A DNA stretch of 64,000 nucleotides from Sulfolobales archaeon (GTDB taxonomy: Archaea; Thermoproteota; Thermoprotei_A; Sulfolobales; AG1): positions 192,001-256,000 of the forward strand of contig JAWBYA010000002.1 in NCBI GenBank assembly GCA_038867615.1, read 5' to 3'. Positions within the stretch are counted from its first letter, which is position 1. Each line of letters opens with the position of its first letter. Below are positions 30,384 through 40,418 of this stretch, piece after piece. A program made the position numbers and the translations under genes. The notes beneath the pieces are model-generated. The model did no database searches. It worked only from the letters and a program-made list of their open reading frames with translations, and was not told the DNA's origin.

Positions 30384-30842
30384 CTATCGACCCTCCTTGA
30401 TAACACCTATCGATTTGAGGTACATCTTGAGAGAAGATATATCGTGAAACGCTCCTCCCTTAATCTTCCTATAGAGGGATCTATAGAGCTTTGTATCTAT
30501 AACGCCCTTCTCTCTGAGCAGCTTTATATAGATCCTCATCCTCCTAACCCTATTGATCCAGTCCCTCTTCTTATCAAGCCTAGCCCCAGCATTACCTTTC
30601 CTACTACCATGTCCTCTCCTCCTACCCTTCTTCCTCTTCTCGTGGAGAACCTTATACCTACCCCTACTATTCCTCGAAGGATCTATGGCGTATATGGCTC
30701 CATCTTCTATAAGAGCTTTAATCTCATCCCTCCTGAAGGCTTTCTCTATATCCTCAAGCCTCTCAGGATCGAATCTAATGTTATTAACACCAACGCCCAG
30801 GATATCTGCCGCAAGCCTCTTCTGGAGAGAAAGGTCTGGCAT
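30384..30842 (-). CDS. rpl19e: 50S ribosomal protein eL19
   Basis: LQKRLAADILGVG, GRRRGHGSRKG. Confidence 0.97.
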   Translation of the reverse strand: MPDLSLQKRLAADILGVGVNNIRFDPERLEDIEKAFRRDEIKALIEDGAIYAIDPSRNSRGRYKVLHEKRKKGRRRGHGSRKGNAGARLDKKRDWINRVRRMRIYIKLLREKGVIDTKLYRSLYRKIKGGAFHDISSLKMYLKSIGVIKEGR

Positions 30843-30847
30843 AAGGC

Positions 30848-31306
30848 TCACCCGTTAGCCACCTTAAAGCCTCTCTCAACAGCTATTTTAAGCACCTCGC
30901 TCCTCTTTCTAGAGCCGAGGGTTGATGCTATATAGATAATGTGCCTCTTTGGATCAAGACCCTCTAGATCCTTAGGATTAGCTATAACAACAGGCTCCAG
31001 ACCGCTTGGGTGAAGCCCCCTAATACTGCTAGGAGTTCTATAACCAACCTCGGCTATCGGCGGGTAGCCCTTGATCCTTAGTCTCATCTTGTTATCCTTA
31101 CCCTTAGGCTTAACCCACTTCAGGTTGTTCTCGAATTTGGGGAACTTCCACCAAAGTGTTCTCAGAAACTCTACCCTCTTTTTACCACCAACCCTCTCCT
31201 GGATCTTTCTAAGCCTCTTCAGCTCCGAGAGGATCTCATTCCTTCTCCTCATAATATCCTCAAGACTAAGACTCTCAACAGGACTCTGGCTCTCAGCGGA
31301 GCTCAC
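30848..31306 (-). CDS. rpl32e: 50S ribosomal protein eL32 (N-terminally extended)
   Basis: WVKPKGKDNKMR, RGLHPSG. Confidence 0.95.
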   Translation of the reverse strand: MSSAESQSPVESLSLEDIMRRRNEILSELKRLRKIQERVGGKKRVEFLRTLWWKFPKFENNLKWVKPKGKDNKMRLRIKGYPPIAEVGYRTPSSIRGLHPSGLEPVVIANPKDLEGLDPKRHIIYIASTLGSRKRSEVLKIAVERGFKVANG

Positions 31307-31866
31307 GATCCTATCACCTCCTTCTTATATATATAGATCCCGTCGACAAAGATCCTTCTATCCTTATCGCCAACACTGGTGGCTGACTCTATATTGGCTG
31401 CTGTTTGTGCAACCGCCTCTAGATCGGCGCCCTCAACTATTATATCCCTATCCTTCACACTAACCTTCACACCGGGAAGGATCCTTGCCACCTTTACATC
31501 CTGCCCCCCGAGGAATCTTGTTATAATAACCCTATCCTTCTCCACACTAACACCTATTGAGAAGTGGGTGAATACGATCTTTAGATAATACCTATACCCC
31601 CTGGTCACCCCGGTTATCATGTTCCTTATATGGGATGCCACAGTATATACAAGAGATCTTTCCCTCGAGCTCCCCATATAGCTTTTCACAACAATCTCGC
31701 CATCTTCTAGCGAGATAGAAACCCTTCTAGCATGAGAAAAATCCCTTGAAACCTCTCCCTTAGGACCCTTAACCCTTACTAGCTTACCATCTATACTGAC
31801 CTCAACGCCCTCTGGTACTGCGACCCTTTCTTCGAGCCTAACAAACCTAGCTGTCCTGCCGCCCAC
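31303..31866 (-). CDS. rpl6: 50S ribosomal protein uL6
   Basis: VKGPKG, NMITGVTRGY, DRRIFVDGIY. Confidence 0.97.
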   Translation of the reverse strand: MGGRTARFVRLEERVAVPEGVEVSIDGKLVRVKGPKGEVSRDFSHARRVSISLEDGEIVVKSYMGSSRERSLVYTVASHIRNMITGVTRGYRYYLKIVFTHFSIGVSVEKDRVIITRFLGGQDVKVARILPGVKVSVKDRDIIVEGADLEAVAQTAANIESATSVGDKDRRIFVDGIYIYKKEVIGS

Positions 31867-31877
31867 ATTCTGTCACC

Positions 31878-32282
31878 TCAGTATACATATGCTATGGCAA
31901 CACCACCTATCCTGCTCTCAAGAGCCTCTCTATGGCTTATAACACCCTTTGTCGAGGTGCTTATAATAATAATCCCTATGTCTCTTGATGGTAGGTATCT
32001 CCTTATATGGGGAGGCATCTTGAGCAGATCCCTATAGCTCACGGGATATCTAGGCTTTATAGCCCCGGCTTTGTTTATCCTCCCAAGCAACTGGATCTTT
32101 ATCTTACCCCACCTGCCATCATCTATATATTCAAACTCCCCTATGTAGGCATATCTCTGCATAACCCTGAGTGTTGATGCTATCAGCTTAGATGCTGGGT
32201 ATACAACAACCTCGGTCTTGCTCCTAGCCTCGGCGTTTGTTATTGCTGTGAGTGCATTGGCTAGAGGATCCAGGACAACCAT
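31878..32282 (-). CDS. rps8: 30S ribosomal protein uS8
   Basis: [26 protein letters not shown]. Confidence 0.97.
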   Translation of the reverse strand: MVVLDPLANALTAITNAEARSKTEVVVYPASKLIASTLRVMQRYAYIGEFEYIDDGRWGKIKIQLLGRINKAGAIKPRYPVSYRDLLKMPPHIRRYLPSRDIGIIIISTSTKGVISHREALESRIGGVAIAYVY

Positions 32283-32291
32283 AATTACCAC

Positions 32292-32456
32292 CTACATATA
32301 GATCCTAAAACCTATGGATCTAGCAACTTCTCTGAAGCACTGCCTGCAAAGATATATGCCGTATTTCTGGATAACAGCATCTCTCGATCCGCATCTCCTG
32401 CAAATCTGAACGCCTCTCCCCATTTTTCTCTCAAACCTAGGCCTATACTTGCCCAT
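32292..32456 (-). CDS. rps14: 30S ribosomal protein uS14 (54 aa, below the ORF-track cutoff)
   Basis: MGKYRP...CRRCG...IQKYGIYLCRQCFRE. Confidence 0.96.
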   Translation of the reverse strand: MGKYRPRFERKMGRGVQICRRCGSRDAVIQKYGIYLCRQCFREVARSIGFRIYM

Positions 32457-32474
32457 TCCACTCAGCCCCAGCTA

Positions 32475-33080
32475 CTATGGTACTATATTAACGTTGTATT
32501 TAAGTGCTATAAACACCATGGCTTCCTCTTTAGACACCCTATGCCTTCTAGGTATACTCGATCTAGCCCTATGTCTCCTCATAACCCTATAGCCCTTTCT
32601 CTCCATTGTTATAGCAACATCCATGCCAAAGATACCTATCTCGGCATCATACTTAGCCCCAGGGAGGACTAGGTATTCCTTCAGACCTATCGATAGATTG
32701 CCATTCTCATCAAAGCTCGAAGCCTTAACCCTCATCCCAATCCCTTCGAAAACCTTTTTTAGAAAATCCTCAGCATCCCTCCTCCTCAGAGTAACCATAG
32801 CTGCTATGTTCTCACCCCTTCTAACACCAAACTCCCTAATACTCCTCTTAGCAGCCCTGGGGACAGGCTTTCTACCAGTGAGCCTCTCTAGGAGCTGTAT
32901 AGCTTTCTGGAGCCTCTCACCACTCTCACCAACCCCTATGTTTACCGTGACCTTTGCTATGTAGGGCATCCTCATTGGGTTTGATTTCCAGGATTCCAGG
33001 ATCTCCTGCACCCTCTCCCTCGGGATGATCTTGTAGATACTCTCTGGAATAGATTCTAGTCTTAGCTCCCCCTCACTCAT
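32475..33080 (-). CDS. rpl5: 50S ribosomal protein uL5
   Basis: [24 protein letters not shown]. Confidence 0.97.
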   Translation of the reverse strand: MSEGELRLESIPESIYKIIPRERVQEILESWKSNPMRMPYIAKVTVNIGVGESGERLQKAIQLLERLTGRKPVPRAAKRSIREFGVRRGENIAAMVTLRRRDAEDFLKKVFEGIGMRVKASSFDENGNLSIGLKEYLVLPGAKYDAEIGIFGMDVAITMERKGYRVMRRHRARSSIPRRHRVSKEEAMVFIALKYNVNIVP

Positions 33081-33841
33081 CTCCCGAGAACCTCCTTTGG
33101 TAGCGATATGACGGGCTTATCCTTACCTATAACAAAGATCTTGTCTGCTGTTGTCTGGAAAACATGGCCCGAGGGATCTTCAAGACTCACTATAGTTCTA
33201 TGCCTCCTCATACCCTTAGTGATCTTAACCACCCTACCAACCCTGCCCACGTTCTTACCACCAATTATTATAGCTAGCGATCCCTCCTCGAATGGTATGT
33301 GCTCCACTATCTTTTTCTCAGGGATCGTTATCACAACGGTATCCATAGTGTTATATAGATCCTCGTCAGCCTTCCTCGGATCAGAAACCCTTACTAGAAC
33401 GTTATAGCCCCCGTATAGGTTGAGCTGTATATGTCCTCCCTTAACAGTAGTCTTGTTCTCAATCCTGAGGGGCTTTATACCGGCCTCTTGCCTCTCTATC
33501 GGGTGGAGCTTCATATAGACAGTGGGGTATGGGATAACCCTATAGATCTCGCCAGTCCTTGTTATCTCAACCACGTCCATGAAGCCCACGGGGAACTTGT
33601 AGTTCTTTCTAATAACACCGTCTATCTTGATAGCACCCTCATTAATGATCTTGATAGCCTCTCTAGACGTTAGGGCTATCTTGAGCATATCTCTCAAAAC
33701 CAGGATGAGAGGTACCGAGGTCTCTAGCGAGTGCGGCCCGGGAGAGGACTTGACAACCCATTTATACTCCTTCCTAAGGATCGGGTAGAACCAGGGTGCT
33801 GCAAGCCTCTTCAGATGCCTTGAACCGCCCATGCTACCCAT
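33077..33841 (-). CDS. rps4e: 30S ribosomal protein eS4
   Basis: [21 protein letters not shown]. Confidence 0.97.
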   Translation of the reverse strand: MGSMGGSRHLKRLAAPWFYPILRKEYKWVVKSSPGPHSLETSVPLILVLRDMLKIALTSREAIKIINEGAIKIDGVIRKNYKFPVGFMDVVEITRTGEIYRVIPYPTVYMKLHPIERQEAGIKPLRIENKTTVKGGHIQLNLYGGYNVLVRVSDPRKADEDLYNTMDTVVITIPEKKIVEHIPFEEGSLAIIIGGKNVGRVGRVVKITKGMRRHRTIVSLEDPSGHVFQTTADKIFVIGKDKPVISLPKEVLGR

Positions 33842-33842
33842 G

Positions 33843-34229
33843 CTATCCACCCTCCTTGGTCTTCTTAGCCCTCCTCTCTATAATCTTCTTCCTGACATCG
33901 TCTATCTCACCTAGCTTTGTTATCATAACCTTGGAGGCATGTATCATGTAATAAACAGGGGTTCCATCAGCCTTCTTGATCGTAACGCCTTCCACACCCA
34001 CCCTAGATCTCCTAAGATCCACTTCAACCACCTTACCCTCATGACCCTTCCAATCACCCCTAAGGATAACCACGGTATCTCCTGCCCTTACCGGGAGTCT
34101 TTTAACACCGTGCTCTCTAGCGAGATCCTCGCTTAGCATTGCATTGAGGAACCTCCACCTAGCATGTAGAGGAGCCTTGGCGAGAGCCTTTCTCTGCTTT
34201 CCTGGTTTACTAGATCTTGTGAGCACCAT
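33843..34229 (-). CDS. rpl24: 50S ribosomal protein uL24
   Basis: PGKQRK, LPVRAGDTV..LRG (KOW). Confidence 0.96.
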   Translation of the reverse strand: MVLTRSSKPGKQRKALAKAPLHARWRFLNAMLSEDLAREHGVKRLPVRAGDTVVILRGDWKGHEGKVVEVDLRRSRVGVEGVTIKKADGTPVYYMIHASKVMITKLGEIDDVRKKIIERRAKKTKEGG

Positions 34230-34238
34230 ATTCCCACC

Positions 34239-34673
34239 CTATATAATAATTGTGGCTAGGTTTGCTATAGCAGACCATCTCTCAGCAGCCTCCCTAGCAA
34301 CAGGCCCTCTAATCTCTGTTGCCTTTGGAGTACCCTCTGGTGTCACTATAACTACAGCATTATCCTCAAAAGCAACCCTTGTCCCGTCGGGTCTTCTATA
34401 GGGCTTTCTCTGTCTAACAACGATCCCGTAGAACACCTGCCCAACAGTATCGGGAGATCCTCTCTTAACGGTGATCGTTACCAGATCGCCTACGGAGGCG
34501 AAGGGCTGTCTCCTAAGCCTTGTCTTAACCTCCGGGACACCTATAACCATAGCGATCTTGGCACCACTGTTATCAGCAACAACAACCTTGCTACCCGTAA
34601 CAAGGCCTGGAGTTATCCTCCTCCTAGGATGCGCAGCCCTAGATCTAAGTGTCTTCTTACCCATCCTAGCCAC
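34239..34673 (-). CDS. rpl14: 50S ribosomal protein uL14
   Basis: [23 protein letters not shown]. Confidence 0.97.
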   Translation of the reverse strand: MARMGKKTLRSRAAHPRRRITPGLVTGSKVVVADNSGAKIAMVIGVPEVKTRLRRQPFASVGDLVTITVKRGSPDTVGQVFYGIVVRQRKPYRRPDGTRVAFEDNAVVIVTPEGTPKATEIRGPVAREAAERWSAIANLATIII

Positions 34674-35025
34674 CCCTCTTTATAACACCAAGAACCACAA
34701 ATGAGACGCTTTTAGCCAGAGGTCTTGTCTCTCCTATCAATACAACATCACCCGGTTTTGCCCCAATACATGGCGGGTTATGGGCGTGGATCCTGCTCCT
34801 CCTCCTCTCATACCTCTTAAACTTGCTACTATATTTAAGATACTCCCTCTCAACGGTAACAGTTCTCGTCATCCTCGACTTAACCACAACACCCTCTAGT
34901 ATTAACCCCCTAACACTAACGCTACCATGCCAGGGGCACTTATCATCGGTACAACTACTCTTCGGAGGCTCTAGCCCTGGATATGTTATACCTATATTTC
35001 TAACCTTACCCGTAGCGCTCATCAT
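34666..35025 (-). CDS. rps17: 30S ribosomal protein uS17
   Basis: CPWHG.VSVRG, HAHNPPC, ETRPLAK. Confidence 0.97.
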   Translation of the reverse strand: MMSATGKVRNIGITYPGLEPPKSSCTDDKCPWHGSVSVRGLILEGVVVKSRMTRTVTVEREYLKYSSKFKRYERRRSRIHAHNPPCIGAKPGDVVLIGETRPLAKSVSFVVLGVIKRGG

Positions 35026-35027
35026 GA

Positions 35028-35321
35028 TCACCTCTTCTTAAGAACCATCCTAACCCTATCCTCAGGCCTTCCGAGAAGCATATCGCCATCTATATCCACA
35101 ACCTCTCCCGTTTCGGGGATTTTAAAGCGATATCTAGTCCCGCTCTTAAAGGTAACCACCTCTCTCCCCCCAACCCTTATCTCTATAGTCTTCATAGTCT
35201 CGTTAACAACCATCCCCTCAACACCCTCGATACCAGGATCTATTGATGATACAACCCTAACCGGGAGGCCTAGGATCTCGTGGTATCTAAGATTGCTTCC
35301 CCTTCTCTTCACCCTCACCAC
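35028..35321 (-). CDS. rnp1: Ribonuclease P protein component 1 (Rpp29)
   Basis: HEILGL.VRV, G.VVNET, GRPEDR; canonical position between L29 and S17. Confidence 0.92.
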   Translation of the reverse strand: MVRVKRRGSNLRYHEILGLPVRVVSSIDPGIEGVEGMVVNETMKTIEIRVGGREVVTFKSGTRYRFKIPETGEVVDIDGDMLLGRPEDRVRMVLKKR

Positions 35322-35538
35322 CCTTCTCCTTTCCCCTTACTATGCCGAGCTCCTCCTCCCTCAATATGGTGAGTATTCTAGCAATATTCTTCCTAGTGAT
35401 CTTTATCTTGTGAGGCTTATCAAGAGTCCCCATGGTAGCCTGGGTTCTGAGCTTGGTGAGCTCCACCACTAGATCTTGGAGCGTTCTCAGCTTCTCCTCC
35501 CTAGACATAGACCTGATCTCGTCTGGACTAAGGCTCAC
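35287..35538 (-). CDS. rpl29: 50S ribosomal protein uL29
   Basis: EIRSMS, RKNIARILT. Confidence 0.95.
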   Translation of the reverse strand: MSLSPDEIRSMSREEKLRTLQDLVVELTKLRTQATMGTLDKPHKIKITRKNIARILTILREEELGIVRGKEKGGEGEEKGKQS

Positions 35539-36233
35539 TAACCACCACCTCCAGAACCTCCAGGACTACCACCAGGCTGGGTCTCTGTACTAGCTGGACT
35601 AGCTGGCTGGGCTGGAGCAGCTGCCTGGGGTTGTTGCACGACCTCTATATAGTCAGCCGGTCTTCCAGGCCTTACTATAATCACCTCTATACCATATATA
35701 CCTGGTATTAAAAGCACGTTCGCCACAGCCCTGTCAACTAGGTAGTTGATCTGGTCACCGCTCCTATATATCTTCCCAGCCCTGAGCTTCTCAAACTTAG
35801 CCCTCTCCGAGGTGAGCTTACCACTCACAACAACCTCGGCACCGAGAGCCCCTGCAGCCATGATCCTTCTTAGTGTTATGAAAGCAGCCCTTCTAAAGTG
35901 AAAGCCCTTCTCGAGAGCCACTGCTAGTCTCGATGCCATAACCCTTGCGTTTAGCTCGGGGTTCTCAACACCCATTATTGTTATCTGTGGGTTCTCTATA
36001 CCGAAGTGCTTCTCGAAAACTGTTTGGAGCTTTTTAATAACCTCACCCCTCCTCCCGATCAGTATGGCCGGTCTATCAGCGTATATAATGATCCTTGTTC
36101 CGAGGGGTGTTTTGGTTATCTCAACACCAGCATAGCCAGCTCTAAAGAATACGGATGAGAGGTACTCGTCGACCTTTGTCCTCAGAATACCGAGCTCGAG
36201 GAAATACCTCTTCTTAGAAAACTTTGTCGAGAA
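35538..36233 (-). CDS. rps3: 30S ribosomal protein uS3; start codon non-canonical or unresolved
   Basis: Frame is open from 36248 and reads KRYFLE...VDEYL...[17 protein letters not shown]...[10 protein letters not shown] (KH domain), upstream of the ORF-track Met at 35975. Confidence 0.93.
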   Translation of the reverse strand, partial: FSTKFSKKRYFLELGILRTKVDEYLSSVFFRAGYAGVEITKTPLGTRIIIYADRPAILIGRRGEVIKKLQTVFEKHFGIENPQITIMGVENPELNARVMASRLAVALEKGFHFRRAAFITLRRIMAAGALGAEVVVSGKLTSERAKFEKLRAGKIYRSGDQINYLVDRAVANVLLIPGIYGIEVIIVRPGRPADYIEVVQQPQAAAPAQPASPASTETQPGGSPGGSGGGG

Positions 36234-36234
36234 G

Positions 36235-36714
36235 CTAGCCCACCTCCTTCACAATAACTTCGAAATTAGTTGTTGTAGAAAACCAAGGCGTAGCCCTGCC
36301 AAAAGCCCTTGGCATGTATCTCTTCAAATACCTACCCTTATGGGCTGCTGCATGCACTATAACAAGCTTCTCGGGATCCATACCCTGGTTCTCCGCATTA
36401 CTCCTAGCATTCCTCAGAACCTTTAGAATATATCTAGCAGCCTTGACAGGATATCTACCAACAGGTGTTTTCCACTCCTGGAAATGGGCGTTAACACCCC
36501 TCCTATGGGCTATCTGCTTCCTATGCCTTGTATAGGGTACAGGGGCTTCTTTCCTAACAACCTTTTCGAGATACGCTATGGCATCATCGAGCTTCATACC
36601 CTTTATAACCTTAGCTATCTCCACACTCTCTTTAAGAGAGATCCTAAGCTCCCTCCCAAGAGCCCTTGCAAATCTATCCCCCGGAATCTGGGGGTATGTC
36701 CAGCGGGGCGGCAT
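36235..36714 (-). CDS. rpl22: 50S ribosomal protein uL22
   Basis: [15 protein letters not shown]. Confidence 0.97.
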   Translation of the reverse strand: MPPRWTYPQIPGDRFARALGRELRISLKESVEIAKVIKGMKLDDAIAYLEKVVRKEAPVPYTRHRKQIAHRRGVNAHFQEWKTPVGRYPVKAARYILKVLRNARSNAENQGMDPEKLVIVHAAAHKGRYLKRYMPRAFGRATPWFSTTTNFEVIVKEVG

Positions 36715-36880
36715 ATCGCACCACTTGCACTACTATCTATACAACCTGATAGGTATAAAAGCTAAATAGATGTAATTAGTATCCCAAGCTCCAAGGTATA
36801 TAGGTGATACACCCTGTATATAGTTATGTAGCTAACTACACCTATATAACGCCCGATAGCGAGATATATCGAGGGTCTTC

Positions 36881-38200
36881 TTGAAATATGTTGAGAAAGC
36901 CGTTGATGTTTTTCTCTCAACAGGTACAAGGTTTCCCAGAAGGATTATATGGTCCATGGGCATGATCAAATACGCTGCTGCTAAGGCAAACACAGAGCTC
37001 GGACTGCTTGACAGGAAGATGGGGGAGGCTATAATGAGCGCCTCCCAAATGCTTGCCGAGGGGAAGCTTGACAACATGATCGTTGTAGACGTGTTCCAAA
37101 CAGGATCAGGGACAGGGCTTAATATGAATGTGAACGAGGTTGTAGCTGTGAAGGCTTCAGAGTTGAGCGGGCTAAAGATCCATCCAAACGATCATGTCAA
37201 TATGGGGCAGTCGTCAAACGACGTCGTCCCAACAGCTGTTAGAGTAGCCGCTGTGCTAGAGGTTGTGGAGAGCCTTATACCCGCTATGAGATCTTTTGTA
37301 GAGAGTCTTGAGAAACTTGCCCAGAGAACAAGCGATGTCATAAAGCCCGGGAGAACCCATCTGAGAGACGCTCTCCCAGTCACTATGGGGCAGGAGTTCT
37401 CAGCCTATGCAGATGCCTTTAAACATAACCTCAGCCTGCTAGAAGGGGTTCTCCCATATGTTAAGGAGCTACCAATAGGGGGGACTGCTGTTGGTACTGG
37501 TATAAATGCCCACCCGAGGTTTGGAGAACTAGTTGTCGACGAGCTTAGGAGGCAAACCGGGGTTGATTTCAAGGTTGCTGAGAGCAGGTTTAGGGCTATG
37601 AGGCTGCTAAGCGATCTAGTAGCCCTCAGCTCCGTGCTCAGAACAACAGCGATCGATCTGATAAGACTGTGCCAGGATCTCAGACTAATGTTCTCAGGAC
37701 CATTCACAGCAATAGGAGAGATAGACATACCCCAAGAGGTTGCTGGCAGCAGCATAATGCCCGGCAAGACAAACCCCGTCACGGTTGAGGCAGCAATGCT
37801 TGCAGCAGCCCAGGTAGTGGGGCTTGATACTGCTAACAGCTATGCCAACCTCTACGGAGAGTTCGAGCTCAGCATGGCCGTACCACTCATAGGCTATAAC
37901 ATAGTCACACAGATACAGCTTCTCAGAGAGGCTCTGCAGAAGATGGAGACCTATGTGATCGACAGGATCGTCCCTCTGAGGGAGAGGGCGAGAGAGCTTG
38001 CCGAGAAGAGCCCAGCCCTTGTAACAGTGATCTCACCTATAATAGGGTATGACAAGGCTTCCCAGGTAGCTTTAAAGATAACCCAGGGCATATCTATAAG
38101 ACAAGCCCTGAGAGAGCTAGGATTTAGCGAAGATGAGATAAACAAGATACTGAACCTCGAGAGATTAGTAAAGCCTGGGATACCTGCTAAGGAGAGGTAA
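36881..38200 (+). CDS. fumC: Class II fumarate hydratase
   Basis: FQTGSGTG.NMN, HPNDHVN.GQSSND, GSSIMPGKTNP. Confidence 0.9.
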   Translation: MKYVEKAVDVFLSTGTRFPRRIIWSMGMIKYAAAKANTELGLLDRKMGEAIMSASQMLAEGKLDNMIVVDVFQTGSGTGLNMNVNEVVAVKASELSGLKIHPNDHVNMGQSSNDVVPTAVRVAAVLEVVESLIPAMRSFVESLEKLAQRTSDVIKPGRTHLRDALPVTMGQEFSAYADAFKHNLSLLEGVLPYVKELPIGGTAVGTGINAHPRFGELVVDELRRQTGVDFKVAESRFRAMRLLSDLVALSSVLRTTAIDLIRLCQDLRLMFSGPFTAIGEIDIPQEVAGSSIMPGKTNPVTVEAAMLAAAQVVGLDTANSYANLYGEFELSMAVPLIGYNIVTQIQLLREALQKMETYVIDRIVPLRERARELAEKSPALVTVISPIIGYDKASQVALKITQGISIRQALRELGFSEDEINKILNLERLVKPGIPAKER

Positions 38201-38201
38201 C

Positions 38202-39287
38202 CTAGCCCTCGCTGGAGGCGTGGTTTTTCAAATAGATTTCGACAAACTTCTCATAAACCTCTATACCTTTCTCAAACTCCCAGTAGCTTATCTCCTCATG
38301 CTCCGTATGGGATAGCTCGGATCTTCCCGGACCGTAGGCAGCTATGTTTTCCCCAACCCTACCGTATAGGAGATTCATATCACTCGTCCCAGTCTTGATC
38401 ACGAGCTCAGGCTTCATCCCAGCCTTGCTAACAGCCCTTATGAGGGATCTCACAACAGGTATTGTTGGCCTTACCTCAACAGGTTCTATAGGATCTTTGA
38501 GCAGCGATACCCTGCATCCCGCAGGAGCTATCTTCTCCAGAGATCCCAGGATCTCTCTCCACCCAGGCCCCTTGGGAGGATATCTAAGATCTATCACAGC
38601 ACTACCACTCCTAGGGATCACGTTGGCATACTCACCACACCTAACCATGGTTAGGGCTGCGCTAGTGCTACTAGCGCTAGAACCTCCATAGGTGCTCGAT
38701 ATCTTGCCCCAGAGCTCGAAGATCTTCTCACAAGCCGAGTCATAGATCCACGGTGCTGAGGAATGCCCCCCAACCGAGGAGCACTCCACCAGGATCTTGA
38801 GGGAGCCTCTATAACCTATAGCTATCTTACTAGTGTTCGTGGGTTCCCCAATAACTATAGCATCGGCCTTGAACCCCTTATTGATAAGCCCTAGAGCGCC
38901 CCTACTATCGCTCTCCTCACCAACAGAGGCTATAACATATATTGTTGCTAGATCCTCTGGTACAGAGCCCTTGATCCTTATGCTGCTTAACGCAGAAAGC
39001 ATCGCCGCCAGAGGCCCTTTAGCATCAACAGCACCCCTACCCCTTATCCCGTTCTCACTCTCGGAGACCTCGATATACCCCGGCACTGTATCTATATGCC
39101 CTATAAATGCTATGCTGATCCTACCTCTACCCCACTTCGCAACCCCATTCCCATATTCATCTATATATGCCTCTAACCCGAGCTCCCTAGAGATCCTTAT
39201 GAACTCCTTAACAGCCCCCTCCTCATCGCCTGAGGGGCTGTAGATCTTGAGCAAACTCTTCAGTATAGATCTATACGCCTCCAACAC
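38202..39287 (-). CDS. lysK: [LysW]-lysine/ornithine hydrolase (M20)
   Basis: GHIDTV, GRGAVDAKG, GEE, GTSDMN, YGPG; cluster context. Confidence 0.9.
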   Translation of the reverse strand: MLEAYRSILKSLLKIYSPSGDEEGAVKEFIRISRELGLEAYIDEYGNGVAKWGRGRISIAFIGHIDTVPGYIEVSESENGIRGRGAVDAKGPLAAMLSALSSIRIKGSVPEDLATIYVIASVGEESDSRGALGLINKGFKADAIVIGEPTNTSKIAIGYRGSLKILVECSSVGGHSSAPWIYDSACEKIFELWGKISSTYGGSSASSTSAALTMVRCGEYANVIPRSGSAVIDLRYPPKGPGWREILGSLEKIAPAGCRVSLLKDPIEPVEVRPTIPVVRSLIRAVSKAGMKPELVIKTGTSDMNLLYGRVGENIAAYGPGRSELSHTEHEEISYWEFEKGIEVYEKFVEIYLKNHASSEG

Positions 39288-40416
39288 ACCCCGCCAGCGA
39301 TGATACTATTACCTCGGAATCCTCTTTAGTAATCATATATGGTGGTAGAAACCTAACCACAGTGGATCCCGCTCTTGTTGCCAGCACACCCCTATCTTGT
39401 AGACATTTGATCACGTTTAGAGGATTAATCCTTAGATCCACGCCAAGCATGAGACCCCTACCCCTTATCTCTTTAACAACCCTGGATCCTCCAAGCTCTC
39501 TTGCTAGAATACCTATGAGCTCCTTACCAGCCTCATACGCCTTCTCCCAAACCCTGTCACCTATATATGCCCTCAAACCCCCTCTAAGGGCTGCCAGGGC
39601 TAGGGGGTTCCCGCCGAATGTTGATCCATGAGATCCTGAAGGGATCTTTGAGGCTATCTCTTCAGTGAAGAGTACAGCAGATATTGGGAAGCCGCCGGCA
39701 ATAGATTTGCCTGCTGTGAATATATGGGGTTTCAACCCTACCTCTGTGAAGGCCCAGTGAGCCCCCGTTCTTCCAAAGCCCGTCTGGATCTCATCGACAA
39801 TTACAAGTGAGCCCCATTTCTCTGAGAATGTGTTGATAGCCTCTATAAGTTCCCTCGAGGCTGGGTTCACTCCCCCCTCTCCCTGTATAACCTCGACTAT
39901 TACTGCAGCTATGTCTGTGCCTTCCAAGGATAGGAGATCCTCTGGTTTGTTGAAATCAACCTGGACAGTAGCTAGATCCAGGCCTTCGAGACCGGCCCAG
40001 TATTTCTTATTACCGGTGACTGATAGCGCTCCAAGCGTTCTTCCATGGAAAGATCCCGCGAAATAGACGATCTTCTTCCTCTTAGTGTAGATTCTTGCAA
40101 GCTTTATAGCAAGCTCGACGGCCTCGGCGCCCGAGTTTAGGAAGGATACGTTCTGGTAATCCCTGGGAACTATTCTTGATAGAAGGTTGAGAGCCTCGTC
40201 CAGGGGCTCTGTATCGTAGGATGTCGATGCTATATAGATACTCTCAAGCTGCTCCTTTATAGATTCTACAACGTATTTGTTACCATGGCCTAGAAAGCCG
40301 ACGCCATTCCCATTATGGGCGTCTATATATCTCCTACCCTCAGAATCCCACACATACTGACCATACCCCCTAACAAGCTTCAAACCCCTCGGTTCGTAGA
40401 ACCTGAATAGCCTCAT
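39271..40416 (-). CDS. lysJ: [LysW]-semialdehyde transaminase (class III PLP)
   Basis: NSGAEAVE, FHGRT, DEIQTGFGRTG, GKSIAGG, HGSTFGGNP. Confidence 0.92.
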   Translation of the reverse strand: MRLFRFYEPRGLKLVRGYGQYVWDSEGRRYIDAHNGNGVGFLGHGNKYVVESIKEQLESIYIASTSYDTEPLDEALNLLSRIVPRDYQNVSFLNSGAEAVELAIKLARIYTKRKKIVYFAGSFHGRTLGALSVTGNKKYWAGLEGLDLATVQVDFNKPEDLLSLEGTDIAAVIVEVIQGEGGVNPASRELIEAINTFSEKWGSLVIVDEIQTGFGRTGAHWAFTEVGLKPHIFTAGKSIAGGFPISAVLFTEEIASKIPSGSHGSTFGGNPLALAALRGGLRAYIGDRVWEKAYEAGKELIGILARELGGSRVVKEIRGRGLMLGVDLRINPLNVIKCLQDRGVLATRAGSTVVRFLPPYMITKEDSEVIVSSLAGCVGGV

Positions 40417-40418
40417 AT

